From NCBI GenBank assembly GCA_025340205.1, contig CP006868.1, positions 1,320,001 through 1,352,000 of the forward strand: a stretch of 32,000 nucleotides of DNA, given 5' to 3'. Each line of letters starts with the position of its first letter. Position 1 is the stretch's first letter. Shown one piece after another: positions 1 to 9,142 of the stretch. The translations under genes were made by a program, and so were the position numbers. This DNA is from Ignicoccus pacificus DSM 13166 (GTDB lineage Archaea > Thermoproteota > Thermoprotei_A > Sulfolobales > Ignicoccaceae). Below the pieces are notes generated by a model. That model worked only from the letters and a program-made list of their open reading frames with translations. It ran no database searches and had not been told where the DNA came from.

Positions 1-1446
1 CAGCAGCGCCTTGTAGACGAACTTGAAGGCTTCCTTACCGCTTAGTCCCATCTCCCTAGCTACGTCATAGACCAAGTTGTGTATTTCTACAGCGTCCATA
101 TCCTCCTTGAGCTTCTCAGTCAACCTCTTCAGGAACTCACACCCCCTCGGATCCTCTACCTTACCTTGCTTAACCTCAACCTTGTATTCCTCCGGAACGA
201 AGCCTCTCTTGATCCACTCCTCCACGAAGGGAGCTAAGTCCTCAACCGCTTGAGGGTCTCCGGTCAGCTCCTTCACCTTCTCCCAATCTCTATAGATCTG
301 GTAGTAGACGAGGAGGTCGGCAAAGCCGGCCTTCCATACCTTCGCTCCGCTCAGCTCCCAAGCCTTCCTCCTCTTCGGATCCTTGTCCTCGCCTAAGGCG
401 ACCCTCCTGTACTCCTCGTATAGGAGGAGCAAGAACCTCGGATTCATCTTGAAGTTCTTGTTCTCCTTTATATCATGCTTTAGTATGAAGTACATTATTA
501 CGGAGGGGTGAAGCAGCGCCATTATCTCATGTAGAGCTCCTATTCCCTTGCTCTTGCTCATCTTCTTTCCATCCATGAGGACGAATCCGTACCTAAATCC
601 TACTGGGGGCTCCTTTCCGAATATCTCCCTGTGTATCCTCTTCGCGGTGTCCCAAGATCCTCCCTTTGTGAAGTGGTCCACTCCACCTCCTTCGGAGTCA
701 ACTCCTAGGAAGTCTTGGCGGGAAGGCCAATCCAATCTCCAAGCGAGCTTCCAGCGGTGGGAGGAGACCTCCCTAACGCCTTCGTGACCGCAAGCCTCAC
801 ACTTGTAGTATATCTTGTCGTCCTCCACCTTAGTTACCTTGGTCTTATCTATCCTACCGCACTTCTCACATATAGGCTTTATGAAGCCCCACCAGTCCTC
901 TGGAAGCTTTCTCATGGCCGTCTCTTCCATAATCTTTTTCACCTTATCCCTCTCCTTCACGAATAGCCTTAGGTAGTCGTCGTACCACCCTTCCTTGTAG
1001 AGCTCCGAGGCCCTGAACACCTCGTCTGGCTTTATACCGAACTTATCCATGAGCTCCAAGAACTCCGCTAAGAAGTGCTCTCCGTAGCTGTTATGACAGC
1101 CATAAGGATCTGGGACCTCGGCCAGCGGCTTGCCCAAGTAAGGCTTCAGCATTTCTTCTTTATCCTTTAGCGTTAAGGGTATGTCGTCGAAGGCATCCAT
1201 TATATCGGCCACGAATATGAACTCCGCGTCGTAGCCCCTCCTCCTCAGCTCCTGAACTATGGAATAGGGATAGATGAACTCGCTCAAGGTGCCCAAGTGA
1301 GCGGGTCCGGAGGTGGTGAGTCCCGAAGCTACGATGAATGCCTTCCCCTTTCTCTTCTCTATTATCTCGTCCGCTATCTTCTTCAGCCAGTCCACTCTGG
1401 CTCCACCGCCATGAGTTCTTGGAAGCGCTTTAATGGACTCGTTCAC
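1..1446 (-). CDS. lysS: Lysyl-tRNA synthetase, class I (archaeal type), 3' end truncated by window edge
   Basis: Minus-strand frame is open from position 1 to 1446. It encodes ...GKAFIVASGLTTSGPAHLGTLSEF... and the signature KMSKSKG, with Cys pairs CEKCGRIDKT and CEACG. GTG start at 1446 is preceded by AGGAGG six nt upstream. Absent from the supplied ORF track because it is truncated. Confidence 0.95.
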   Translation of the reverse strand, partial: MNESIKALPRTHGGGARVDWLKKIADEIIEKRKGKAFIVASGLTTSGPAHLGTLSEFIYPYSIVQELRRRGYDAEFIFVADIMDAFDDIPLTLKDKEEMLKPYLGKPLAEVPDPYGCHNSYGEHFLAEFLELMDKFGIKPDEVFRASELYKEGWYDDYLRLFVKERDKVKKIMEETAMRKLPEDWWGFIKPICEKCGRIDKTKVTKVEDDKIYYKCEACGHEGVREVSSHRWKLAWRLDWPSRQDFLGVDSEGGGVDHFTKGGSWDTAKRIHREIFGKEPPVGFRYGFVLMDGKKMSKSKGIGALHEIMALLHPSVIMYFILKHDIKENKNFKMNPRFLLLLYEEYRRVALGEDKDPKRRKAWELSGAKVWKAGFADLLVYYQIYRDWEKVKELTGDPQAVEDLAPFVEEWIKRGFVPEEYKVEVKQGKVEDPRGCEFLKRLTEKLKEDMDAVEIHNLVYDVAREMGLSGKEAFKFVYKALL

Positions 1447-2662
1447 GATATTCCTCCTGTTTTAACATGTTTTGCACTACTTGCAAAGCGGAGTCATCTT
1501 CCTTTAGCAACTCCCTTGCCATCTCTAACACTTTCCTTCTTTCCTCTCCTTGATATTCTAAAGCTAGGGAAACCAAATCGAGAGCCAATGGTCTATATTG
1601 ATAGTATGGAGGATCGAACTCCCTTTTGTTGTCTATTGTTCTATCGCCCTTTGATCCGATTGTCTTGTAGAAGTAAACGGTACCGTCTTCTAGTCCAAGA
1701 ACCAGCGTAGAGTTCTTCCAATCGAGACCCAAGACCCTTGAAGGGTACCTTTTTTCTATTACTTTATTGAAATTCCTATCAAATATCAATAAACGTTTAT
1801 TATTGTAATCACTTACGGCGAAATACTTACAGTTCGCAGAAAAGGATACTCTCCATCCGCCATTAAGTCCAACGATCTCCTTTACTATTTCGAATTTCTT
1901 ATTGAACGCAAATATGGAGTTTTCTGTACTAACCAGCAACATGTCTTCACAAGCATCAGCATCCCATGCTATTTCACCTAACCTTATTTCTTTAATCAAG
2001 ACGCCACTTTTTCTATCAATAATCTTTATGGATTTGTTAAAAGCCTCCGGAAGAACAAGGTACTCGTTGAAAAGGGCGGGATAACCTTCATACCATCCTC
2101 TAAGACTCCATATTATCTTTCTTCCCTTAACCAAAGCACACTTACTCGCACCACAGGCGAGTACATTCCCATTAGATAGCAAATATATAGTGAAAGAACT
2201 CGGTACCATCAACTCTGACAATACCCTATTGTTCCTATCCATTAGGATAAGGTGTCCGTTCCAGTCTACTGCTGCAAAGATATCATTGTAATAATCCACT
2301 CCTCTAAACTCCTTCCCGTCTCTACAGATCTTGCTTAATATCTCTCCAAAAACCGAAACGATATACACGCAGTTAGAACGCCCAACTATAATCGCCTTCA
2401 TACCTTCGTCATCTAGTTTAAGGTCCCATCCCATCGTATCTAGCTTTACTTTTGAAAATATACAAAGTTTTAAATCATGCTCGTCAGTATTAAATTCACC
2501 TAAAAGAGCATATGAATCATTAGCATCAACTCTTACATGCCCACCTCTAACCTCCGCTAGAAACGATAAGGACGTTTTCAACTTCCCTGAGAAGATATCC
2601 CCTTTGTCGCAACACACGAAGCCGTCTCCCTTTAAGCAGACTATTTCATCCTCCCCGCACAC
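1430..2662 (-). CDS. Hypothetical protein, probable beta-propeller/WD40-like repeats
   Basis: 410-aa ORF (GTG start) with recurrent blade-like beta strands (e.g. SVENSIFAFNKKFEIVKEIVGLNGGWRVSFSANCKYFAVSDYNNKRLLIFD). Overlaps the lysS start by 17 nt. Confidence 0.7.
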   Translation of the reverse strand: MCGEDEIVCLKGDGFVCCDKGDIFSGKLKTSLSFLAEVRGGHVRVDANDSYALLGEFNTDEHDLKLCIFSKVKLDTMGWDLKLDDEGMKAIIVGRSNCVYIVSVFGEILSKICRDGKEFRGVDYYNDIFAAVDWNGHLILMDRNNRVLSELMVPSSFTIYLLSNGNVLACGASKCALVKGRKIIWSLRGWYEGYPALFNEYLVLPEAFNKSIKIIDRKSGVLIKEIRLGEIAWDADACEDMLLVSTENSIFAFNKKFEIVKEIVGLNGGWRVSFSANCKYFAVSDYNNKRLLIFDRNFNKVIEKRYPSRVLGLDWKNSTLVLGLEDGTVYFYKTIGSKGDRTIDNKREFDPPYYQYRPLALDLVSLALEYQGEERRKVLEMARELLKEDDSALQVVQNMLKQEEYRERVH

Positions 2663-2690
2663 TAAACTATTAGTTTTTGATATTAGATTT

Positions 2691-3545
2691 TTACATCCCT
2701 TCCGAAAGTAAACCTTCCATCAGCTCCTCCTCTATCATCTTCCTCTCTATTCCCTTCTTCACACTTTCCACCACCTTTGAAGGCAACGTAACCTCGTCCC
2801 TAGTCGCCTCCACCGGTCCCTTAACCCTCATACCTATTCCATCCACTATCTCGATTTCATGAACCCTAAGGGAGTGAGGGGTCTGCCTCATCTTCTCCAC
2901 TATCACGTACCTTCTCAGCTCCCAGTTCCTTATTACCTTCTTGAACCTAATGATTCCGTCTGCCACGTGCTCTATTCCGAACCCGAAGCCGTAGGAGGTG
3001 GTTATCGCGTATTGAGAGGTGGCCAATATGGTCATGTCCCACTTGCTGAGTATCCTCTTGACCATGTAGCTGTACTTCCTAGCCATTGCTGGTTTGTCCA
3101 GCCAGAATGCGCTCATTGAATCTATTACCAGTCTGGTTCTGCCGTATCCAAGGGCCTTCTTCGCCTCTATTATCTTCCCTATTAGCTCATCTATCGTTAA
3201 TTCCACCATGTTCCACTGATCCCTCTTGTCCCTTAGCAGGGCATCGATGATTATCATCTTCCCTTCCTTCACCGCTTTTTCAAAGTCGAACCCAAACATG
3301 GACGCTTGCCTCATAATGCTCTCTCTGCTCTCCTCCGTGGTTACGTAGATCACCTTATCCCCTTCCAACAATCCCCTCCTGGCGAAGTGAATGCAGAAGA
3401 TGCTCTTCCCCGTGCCGGGCTCTCCTACTACTGCGACCAAGAAGCCCCTTGGTATTCCCCCCGCTATCAGCTTGTCGAAGCCCTTAACCCCGGTGCTCAA
3501 CCTCTCGATGTACATACTCGACACCGGTCCAGTACTAGCGAACAA
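2691..3545 (-). CDS. KaiC-like RecA-superfamily ATPase
   Basis: STGVKGFDKLIAGGIPRGFLVAVVGEPGTGKSIFCIHFARRGL (Walker A) and RLVIDSMSAFW. Start may be TTG at 3545 or the internal ATG at 3515 (MYIERLSTGVKGFDKL). Confidence 0.9.
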   Translation of the reverse strand: MFASTGPVSSMYIERLSTGVKGFDKLIAGGIPRGFLVAVVGEPGTGKSIFCIHFARRGLLEGDKVIYVTTEESRESIMRQASMFGFDFEKAVKEGKMIIIDALLRDKRDQWNMVELTIDELIGKIIEAKKALGYGRTRLVIDSMSAFWLDKPAMARKYSYMVKRILSKWDMTILATSQYAITTSYGFGFGIEHVADGIIRFKKVIRNWELRRYVIVEKMRQTPHSLRVHEIEIVDGIGMRVKGPVEATRDEVTLPSKVVESVKKGIERKMIEEELMEGLLSEGM

Positions 3546-3576
3546 AAGATTTATTAGTGGAGCAGATGCGTTCGTC

Positions 3577-3641
3577 TCCCTCAGTGCCGGCCTGGTGTCT
3601 TCACCACATCAGCGCTAAGGGGCGGTGACCTCATCGGAAAC
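3577..3641 (-). ncRNA. Candidate C/D box sRNA
   Basis: Minus strand reads GTTTC-CGATGA-GGTCACCGCCCCTTAGCG-CTGA-TGTG-GTGAAGA-CACCAGGCCGGCA-CTGA-GGGAGAC. C box CCGATGA 3637-3631, D' CTGA 3612-3609, C' GTGAAGA 3604-3598, D CTGA 3584-3581. Flanks GUUUC/GAGAC could form a short terminal stem. Intergenic. Confidence 0.6.
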
Positions 3642-3712
3642 CGTGGACTCCTAAGAGAGATACGTAAAATTGGTTAGGGAGTGTTATGATAAAGGGAAAG
3701 GTAGATGCTTCG

Positions 3713-4342
3713 TTATTGTTTTTCCCGTATATACTCCTTCTTTATCTTCTCCCACATCTTGGTTACCTCTTCCTCAGCCTTCTTCTTCAGAAGCTCGTAG
3801 AGTTCCTCCGCAGATAGCTTTCCGTTGTGGAGCAACTTGCCGTTAAGCTCGTATGTGGGAACGCTCCTGACTCCTAAGCTATAGAGCATCTGCAATCTCT
3901 TTCCTTTGTCCACGTGGATAATTTCGATGTTGAGGTTCTTAGTTCCCGCAATCCTTCCGAGCTCCTTGAGCACGAAGTAGCACGGGAGGCCCGGATATAC
4001 GTAAACCCTCAAGTTCATCGGAACCGGTAGCGGATCGAACTTCTCCGGCTCTCTTGCTCCAGAAAGGTAGAGCAAGAGGGTCCCCATTCCGTATAGCAGT
4101 ATTCCTTCCAAGGGTCCGTAGAACGTGACCTCCCCATTAGGGCCCTTGGGCTTTACGTAAGGTATCTTCCAATCCTCATCCGGCTTTTGGCCTTTTACCA
4201 CCTCCACGTTCGGTAGGAGCGCTAACTTGGAGGACGCTCCCTCAGGGTACTCCTCTATGACCACCTTCCCTCCTTTGATCATTTCCTTGGTTATCTCTCC
4301 AAGGTCCATTACACCGAAGTACTTGAGCAAGGCCTCCAGCAT
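3713..4342 (-). CDS. Thioredoxin-fold (glutaredoxin/DsbA-like) protein
   Basis: 209 aa with NLRVYVYPGLPCYFVLKELGRIA...LNIEIIHVDKGKRLQMLYSLGVRSVPTYELNGK. The cis-Pro segment SVPTYELNG and single-Cys active-site-like GLPC support the fold. Confidence 0.65.
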   Translation of the reverse strand: MLEALLKYFGVMDLGEITKEMIKGGKVVIEEYPEGASSKLALLPNVEVVKGQKPDEDWKIPYVKPKGPNGEVTFYGPLEGILLYGMGTLLLYLSGAREPEKFDPLPVPMNLRVYVYPGLPCYFVLKELGRIAGTKNLNIEIIHVDKGKRLQMLYSLGVRSVPTYELNGKLLHNGKLSAEELYELLKKKAEEEVTKMWEKIKKEYIREKQ

Positions 4343-4430
4343 TCCGTTAGCCCCTACTAATCAGGCGGTCAAGAGGGTAAAAGGTGAGCGCTCCTTTTAG
4401 TTCCCCCTCTGATCATCTGAGGGTCTTGAA

Positions 4431-5978
4431 GTGAAGAGAATACTTATTCCCACGAGCAAGAGGCTTGAGGAAGTAATAAGGAGTTCCCTTCCGGTTCCAG
4501 AAGGCTATGAGGTAGAGGTTTGGGGATTGCCTATAGACGTTGTGGCGTTGCTGAGGCCTAGGAGCTTAGTCCAGCTCCTCAAGATGGAGGCCGAGAAGAG
4601 GGGAACTTCCTTGGATACCTTTGACTACATCTTAGTTTCGGGAATGATACCAGGAGACATGAGGGAGGTCGAGAAGGAGATAGGCGTTCCCGTTTACAAG
4701 GGGACCAGAACCCTCTCGGAGCTCAAGGCCTTGATGAAACACTTGCCCGAGCTCGAGGAAAGGCTTAGTCCTCTGAAGCCCTTGGAGGAGGAGCTTAGGA
4801 GTTACTTGCTAGACGAGTTCGTCAAGGAATTGAATTCCATATCCTTTGAGGAGGCCTTCTCCTTAGGTCCACTTAAGGTTCCCAAGAGAGGACCTCCCTT
4901 CCTCCTAGGGGCGGAAGTCCTCGAGAACGAGCCCCTAGAGGAGAAGCTCCACAAGGCCTCTCAAGTAGCCGACTTCGTCATAATAGGCTCCTCCTCCATC
5001 TCTCCTGACCCATCCAAGGTCCCATCCCTCCTCAAGCTCGCAGAGAAGTACTTCAAGGTAATTGCCTTCGATTCAATGTTTGCTGAAGAACTCAACGAGG
5101 CCTGCTCCAAGGGAGCTGATTTAGTCTTGTCCTTAGACGAGTACAAGGCCGAAAGGGTAAAGTGTGAGGCAGCGGTGGTCATTCCGGGCAACTCAGCTAA
5201 GGGCTACTGGCCCTTAAGCGCTAGGGAGAAGGTCGAATCGTTAAAGAGGAACTTGGAGAAGGCTAAGGAGAGCGTGGAGAAGGTATTGGTAGATCCCGTC
5301 CTCTCCCCTCCTTGGAACTTGTTGGAGAGCTTGATAGCGTACAAGGAGCTGTCAGCTCTCAACTACCCAATGATGATGGGGCTGAGCAACGTAGTGGAGC
5401 TAGTGGACTTCGACTCTCCAGGGGTTAACTCCCTCTTGGTAACCTTAGCTGCCGAGCTTGGAGTAAGCGTCCTCATGGTCACCGAGCACAGCGACAAGTG
5501 CTTGGACTCCTGGTATGAGGTGAAGGTGGCTTCAGCTATGGCAAGCGTGGCTAAGAACAAGGGAACTCTTCCCAAGGATTTAGGGATGGACATGTTAATA
5601 GTGAAGGAAAAGAGGAGGGAAGAGCTCAAGTTCGAGGAGAGGGGAGAGAGGATAGAAGTAAAGGACTACTCCTTCCCGCTAGAGGATTCTATAGTTAGAA
5701 TATGGGTAGATGGAAGCGTGAAGGTGAACGTAGAGAAGGGAGGGAAGATCTACCATCTGGAAGGCGATCCGTACCTCATAGGGAAGACGCTAGTAGGGGA
5801 GGGATTGGTCAACAGTCCCTCTCATGCCTTCTACTTGGGCTGGGAACTCCACAAGGCCTTTATCGCTAAGAAGCTGAACAAGGGCTACGTACAAGAAAGG
5901 CCCCTCAAGTTCGAGGGGAGCAAGGAGAAGTGGGAGGAGCTGAGGAGGAGACAAAAACGTCCCAATGGGATGACTTGA
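4431..5978 (+). CDS. Dihydropteroate synthase-related protein (archaeal DHPS-like/DUF6513 type)
   Basis: 515 aa. N-terminal domain MKRILIPTSKRLEEVIRSS... and C-terminal barrel-like segment NYPMMMGLSNVVELVDFDSPGVNSLLVTLAAELGVSVLMVTEHSDKC. Confidence 0.75.
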   Translation: MKRILIPTSKRLEEVIRSSLPVPEGYEVEVWGLPIDVVALLRPRSLVQLLKMEAEKRGTSLDTFDYILVSGMIPGDMREVEKEIGVPVYKGTRTLSELKALMKHLPELEERLSPLKPLEEELRSYLLDEFVKELNSISFEEAFSLGPLKVPKRGPPFLLGAEVLENEPLEEKLHKASQVADFVIIGSSSISPDPSKVPSLLKLAEKYFKVIAFDSMFAEELNEACSKGADLVLSLDEYKAERVKCEAAVVIPGNSAKGYWPLSAREKVESLKRNLEKAKESVEKVLVDPVLSPPWNLLESLIAYKELSALNYPMMMGLSNVVELVDFDSPGVNSLLVTLAAELGVSVLMVTEHSDKCLDSWYEVKVASAMASVAKNKGTLPKDLGMDMLIVKEKRREELKFEERGERIEVKDYSFPLEDSIVRIWVDGSVKVNVEKGGKIYHLEGDPYLIGKTLVGEGLVNSPSHAFYLGWELHKAFIAKKLNKGYVQERPLKFEGSKEKWEELRRRQKRPNGMT

Positions 5979-5990
5979 AGGAATGGGAAC

Positions 5991-6746
5991 TTGATACCAA
6001 TAGGGGACATAAACCCAGTTAGAAGGAAACCAATAGTGAATACGATATTAATAGCGATAAACGTAGCAGTTTTCGTAATATTCGAATTACCCTACATCCT
6101 CAGCGGCAACATGCTGGGCCTCGACCACTTCATCAAGACCTACGGCCTAGTTCCCTACTTCGTGCTTAACGGAGAGAGGCTCTACACCTTGTTCACCCAC
6201 ATGTGGGTTCACGCAAGCATAGAGCACATAGCGGGCAACATGCTGTTCTTGGCTATCTTCGGCGATAACGTGGAATCCTTGCTGGGCCACAAGAGGTACT
6301 TGCTCCTCTACATACTCTCCGGTTTAGCTGCCGCCGGCTTCCACTTAGCTTCCATATGCCTAATGCCGAAGGCGACGCTGAACCCCTACCTAACCCAGAA
6401 CCCGTGGCTCACGCCGGCAGTTGGAGCCTCCGGAGCGATAAGCGGAGTCCTAGCGGCTTACTTCCTCTTCTATCCTAGGGCGCTAGTGAAGGTACTGATA
6501 TTCATACCGTTCCCGTTCCTCATACTGATACCCGCCGAGTACTTCCTGGGCTTCTGGTTCCTCTGGCAGCTCATGGAGGGTACTTGGAGCTTGGTGGGAG
6601 TTCCCAGCGGAGTGGCTTGGTGGGCCCACATAGGAGGGTTCTTGATGGGGGCCATACTGGCCTACTTCTTAGTGGACAGAAAGGAAGTGGAGATACACAG
6701 GAGGTTATCGAGATACGCCTTCGCAACCAGAGGGTTCTTTTTATAA
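5991..6746 (+). CDS. Rhomboid family intramembrane serine protease
   Basis: Multi-TM protein with HMWVHASIEHIAGNMLFLAIFGDNVE and catalytic GxSG in VGASGAISGVLAAYFL, plus late His (AWWAHIGGFLMGAI). Confidence 0.93.
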   Translation: MIPIGDINPVRRKPIVNTILIAINVAVFVIFELPYILSGNMLGLDHFIKTYGLVPYFVLNGERLYTLFTHMWVHASIEHIAGNMLFLAIFGDNVESLLGHKRYLLLYILSGLAAAGFHLASICLMPKATLNPYLTQNPWLTPAVGASGAISGVLAAYFLFYPRALVKVLIFIPFPFLILIPAEYFLGFWFLWQLMEGTWSLVGVPSGVAWWAHIGGFLMGAILAYFLVDRKEVEIHRRLSRYAFATRGFFL

Positions 6747-7022
6747 CATAGTTCTCCTGTCCTCCCTGCTGGTAATCATGAACAGCTCCTCATCGCTCTC
6801 CTCGACTTGATAGACCTCGTAGGTGCCCAGGCCCCTTATCCTACCCTTCCTAGCAGCCATCTTGAACACCTTCTCCGCGAGCTCCTCGGAGCCGTCCAGT
6901 GTGAACATGAACCTTATCTCGTCCCCCTTAACCAAGAACACTATCTTGGGGACGAAGTTAAGTCCCTCTACCTTCTGCAGGCTCTCCTCGAGCCTCTTCA
7001 TAGCCTTCAAGCAGTCTCTCAT
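6741..7022 (-). CDS. Small hypothetical protein
   Basis: 93-aa ORF. Its start overlaps the stop of 7019..7249 (ATGA). Confidence 0.6.
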   Translation of the reverse strand: MRDCLKAMKRLEESLQKVEGLNFVPKIVFLVKGDEIRFMFTLDGSEELAEKVFKMAARKGRIRGLGTYEVYQVEESDEELFMITSREDRRTML

Positions 7023-7249
7023 TTGTCTTCACCCATCACTATTTCGTATACGTACGCCCTACCTATATGCCTTAGAGACCCTTCCTTCGAGGATATGTCG
7101 AACAACCTTACCGTGTTCTCCTTTTTCACGTTCTCCAACAAAATACCTATTTCCTTAGCCCTCCCGGGCACCTCAACTATGACGAGCTTGGGATCATATC
7201 CCTCCAACTCCTTCAAAAGGGTCTTGAGTGCCTTAAGTCGTTCTTCCAC
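7019..7249 (-). CDS. Small hypothetical protein
   Basis: 76-aa ORF (GTG start) in tandem with 6741..7022. Confidence 0.55.
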   Translation of the reverse strand: MEERLKALKTLLKELEGYDPKLVIVEVPGRAKEIGILLENVKKENTVRLFDISSKEGSLRHIGRAYVYEIVMGEDK

Positions 7250-7354
7250 AGCGCTCAGCCTAATTCGACTAATGTTTAACTCAAAATAACTCTTACGTAA
7301 TTATTTAACACTAGATGGAGACTCACTTCTCAATTGTCTTTTATAGTTCAATTT

Positions 7355-7370
7355 GGGGGGGGGGGGGGGG
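7355..7370. repeat. Homopolymer G16 tract (C16 on minus strand)
   Basis: Directly visible: atttGGGGGGGGGGGGGGGGtctaacc. Confidence 0.95.
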
Positions 7371-7371
7371 T

Positions 7372-8289
7372 CTAACCTATCACACTTCTGGAATAGGGAG
7401 GCAAGCTCGTAATGCCCAATGATCCCTCACCTTTCGCCATTACCGTCAAAGTCAACACTTGGGGAGCGGTATTCCTCGTCACATATATGCCATCGCACAT
7501 TAGCATCTCATCAGCATTCTGAATTACCACTCTCTCCTTTCCTTCATCGCTCTCTTTATACCAGTAGACGCTCTCGCCTATCGCGACGGTTACGTTCCCA
7601 TGACACTTGATCTTCAGTGCCCATCCTGGAGACAGCTGCTCGACCACCATGAAGAAGCCGTTTACCTCTTCCCTCTCCTTCTGCATAGGACACGTTGTTA
7701 TTATCATTGTTCTCGTGAGGGTTACCGTGAGCATCAGAGTCTTCGTGGTGCTGTAGGTCTTAGTTATCGTCCTCTCGGTGACTTCTCTAGTCTTGACCGT
7801 TATCGTTACTGGATCAGCTGGCTCCACCACTATCGTCCTTTCGCTTATCACATCCGTCGAGATTGTACTTATCATTGTAGTTATCAGCGTGGTCGTCTCG
7901 TGCGTAACCCAGCTTATCAAGGTCTTGGTAAGCGTTATCGTCTTCACTCGCTCCACCACTTTACTCAGCGTCGTAACTATCGACGTAGTTAGATTCATCT
8001 GCTTGGTTACGGTAACTACCTTCAGAGCGGCCGAGGTAACAGTTATCATCTTTGTTAGCGTCTTCGTCACTATCTTTAGTGTACTGCTCAGCTCCTTCTT
8101 AATGGTACCTAAATCATCGCTTATCGATCGGTACTGATGACTCAGCTGATCCTTGAAGTCGTTGATTTCCCTAGCCATGATGTTTATGCTATAGTCCAAG
8201 TTAGCTAAAGCGCTCAAGAGCGCCACAAGCGTCAGCACTAACACGAACGCCGCTATCGCTACTAGCCACAAGGGATCCTCTTCGCTCAT
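7372..8289 (-). CDS. Membrane-anchored protein with Thr-rich stalk and soluble C-terminal domain
   Basis: 305 aa. N-terminal TM (WLVAIAAFVLVLTLVALLSALA), long Thr-rich region (TLKIVTKTLTKMITVT...TERTITKTYSTTKTLMLTVTLTRT), then a Cys-containing C-terminal domain. Confidence 0.75.
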   Translation of the reverse strand: MSEEDPLWLVAIAAFVLVLTLVALLSALANLDYSINIMAREINDFKDQLSHQYRSISDDLGTIKKELSSTLKIVTKTLTKMITVTSAALKVVTVTKQMNLTTSIVTTLSKVVERVKTITLTKTLISWVTHETTTLITTMISTISTDVISERTIVVEPADPVTITVKTREVTERTITKTYSTTKTLMLTVTLTRTMIITTCPMQKEREEVNGFFMVVEQLSPGWALKIKCHGNVTVAIGESVYWYKESDEGKERVVIQNADEMLMCDGIYVTRNTAPQVLTLTVMAKGEGSLGITSLPPYSRSVIG

Positions 8290-8344
8290 GCTCCCGTTCT
8301 TTGACTCTCTTCCTTCCCTTTCAACTTCTCATTTACATAGGAAG

Positions 8345-9136
8345 TTAAGGCTTGCATTGCTTCCTTATAAGTGCCTTCGCTACCTCCCTCGCCTCCTCTT
8401 CATCTACCCCTAACCTAACCAAGTTCTCAGCGAAGGTCCTTCGAGCCTCCTCCACCCCTTCCTTGAGGGCTTCTCGAAGGCCTCTGGCGGGAAGCCAGAG
8501 GAGGGCGTCTAGGTGGAGGGTCTTCAAACCCACCTTCCTCGCTTCCTCCTCCCACTTCCTTATCGCCTCATCCCTATGCTCGTTCATTATCTCATCCGGC
8601 GAAGCGTCTACCAACCCAGAAGCGCAAGTTAGGGCTGAGATCCTAAGATCCATGGGGAGAGGGACGTCTCCCTTGACCTCCTTCCCAGCGGCCTTGAATA
8701 CATAGTAGGCCATTTTTAATGCAAACACTATCGTTTTCTCGGTCCCCTTTGCCTTTAATGTTTTCTTCAACTCTTCCAATAAAAGATTGAGATCCGAGTA
8801 TCTCTCGGGATCCTCCTCTATTTTCTTGAGAAGGGGTTGGGCTCTCTTGAGCCTCCCCTCCTTCTGCTTCCTCTGGGCCCTGTTGTACTTGCTTGAGTAA
8901 AGAAAGTCAACCAAGGTCTTATTTGGATTGTCCAAGAAGAACTGGGAAAACTCGGTCCAGTAGTCCTCTCCCCTCCCGGTGAGCCTATAGCTTATCAGGG
9001 CGTTTCCCACGACCAAGGGTAAGGCCTTGAGACCGTACTTGTTCACGAGCCTCTTTATGGCCTTGAACTGAGGGTCTTCTTCTTCAAACTTATCCACGTA
9101 CTTTTTCAATACCCTCAAGGCTTCCTCTATCTCCAC
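8345..9136 (-). CDS. AGOG-type archaeal 8-oxoguanine N-glycosylase/DNA lyase
   Basis: 263 aa. Segments DPQFKAIKRLVNKYGLKALPLVVGNALISYRLTGRGEDYW, EKTIVFALKMAYYVFKAAG (catalytic Lys region), PLPMDLRISALTC (conserved Asp) and LHLDALLWLPARG match the AGOG family as I know it. Confidence 0.9.
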   Translation of the reverse strand: MEIEEALRVLKKYVDKFEEEDPQFKAIKRLVNKYGLKALPLVVGNALISYRLTGRGEDYWTEFSQFFLDNPNKTLVDFLYSSKYNRAQRKQKEGRLKRAQPLLKKIEEDPERYSDLNLLLEELKKTLKAKGTEKTIVFALKMAYYVFKAAGKEVKGDVPLPMDLRISALTCASGLVDASPDEIMNEHRDEAIRKWEEEARKVGLKTLHLDALLWLPARGLREALKEGVEEARRTFAENLVRLGVDEEEAREVAKALIRKQCKP

Positions 9137-9142
9137 CTCTCT

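Noticed and set aside
548-1710. Plus-strand track ORFs 548..787, 715..966, 1297..1710
   Set aside because: Antisense to lysS and the adjacent propeller-like gene; Ser/Pro/Leu-rich shadow composition and no recognisable motifs.
4343-4430. Possible C/D box elements in the thioredoxin-fold/DHPS-like intergenic region
   Set aside because: Has CTGA and GATGAT-like pieces but no ordered C-D'-C'-D arrangement with suitable guide spacing.
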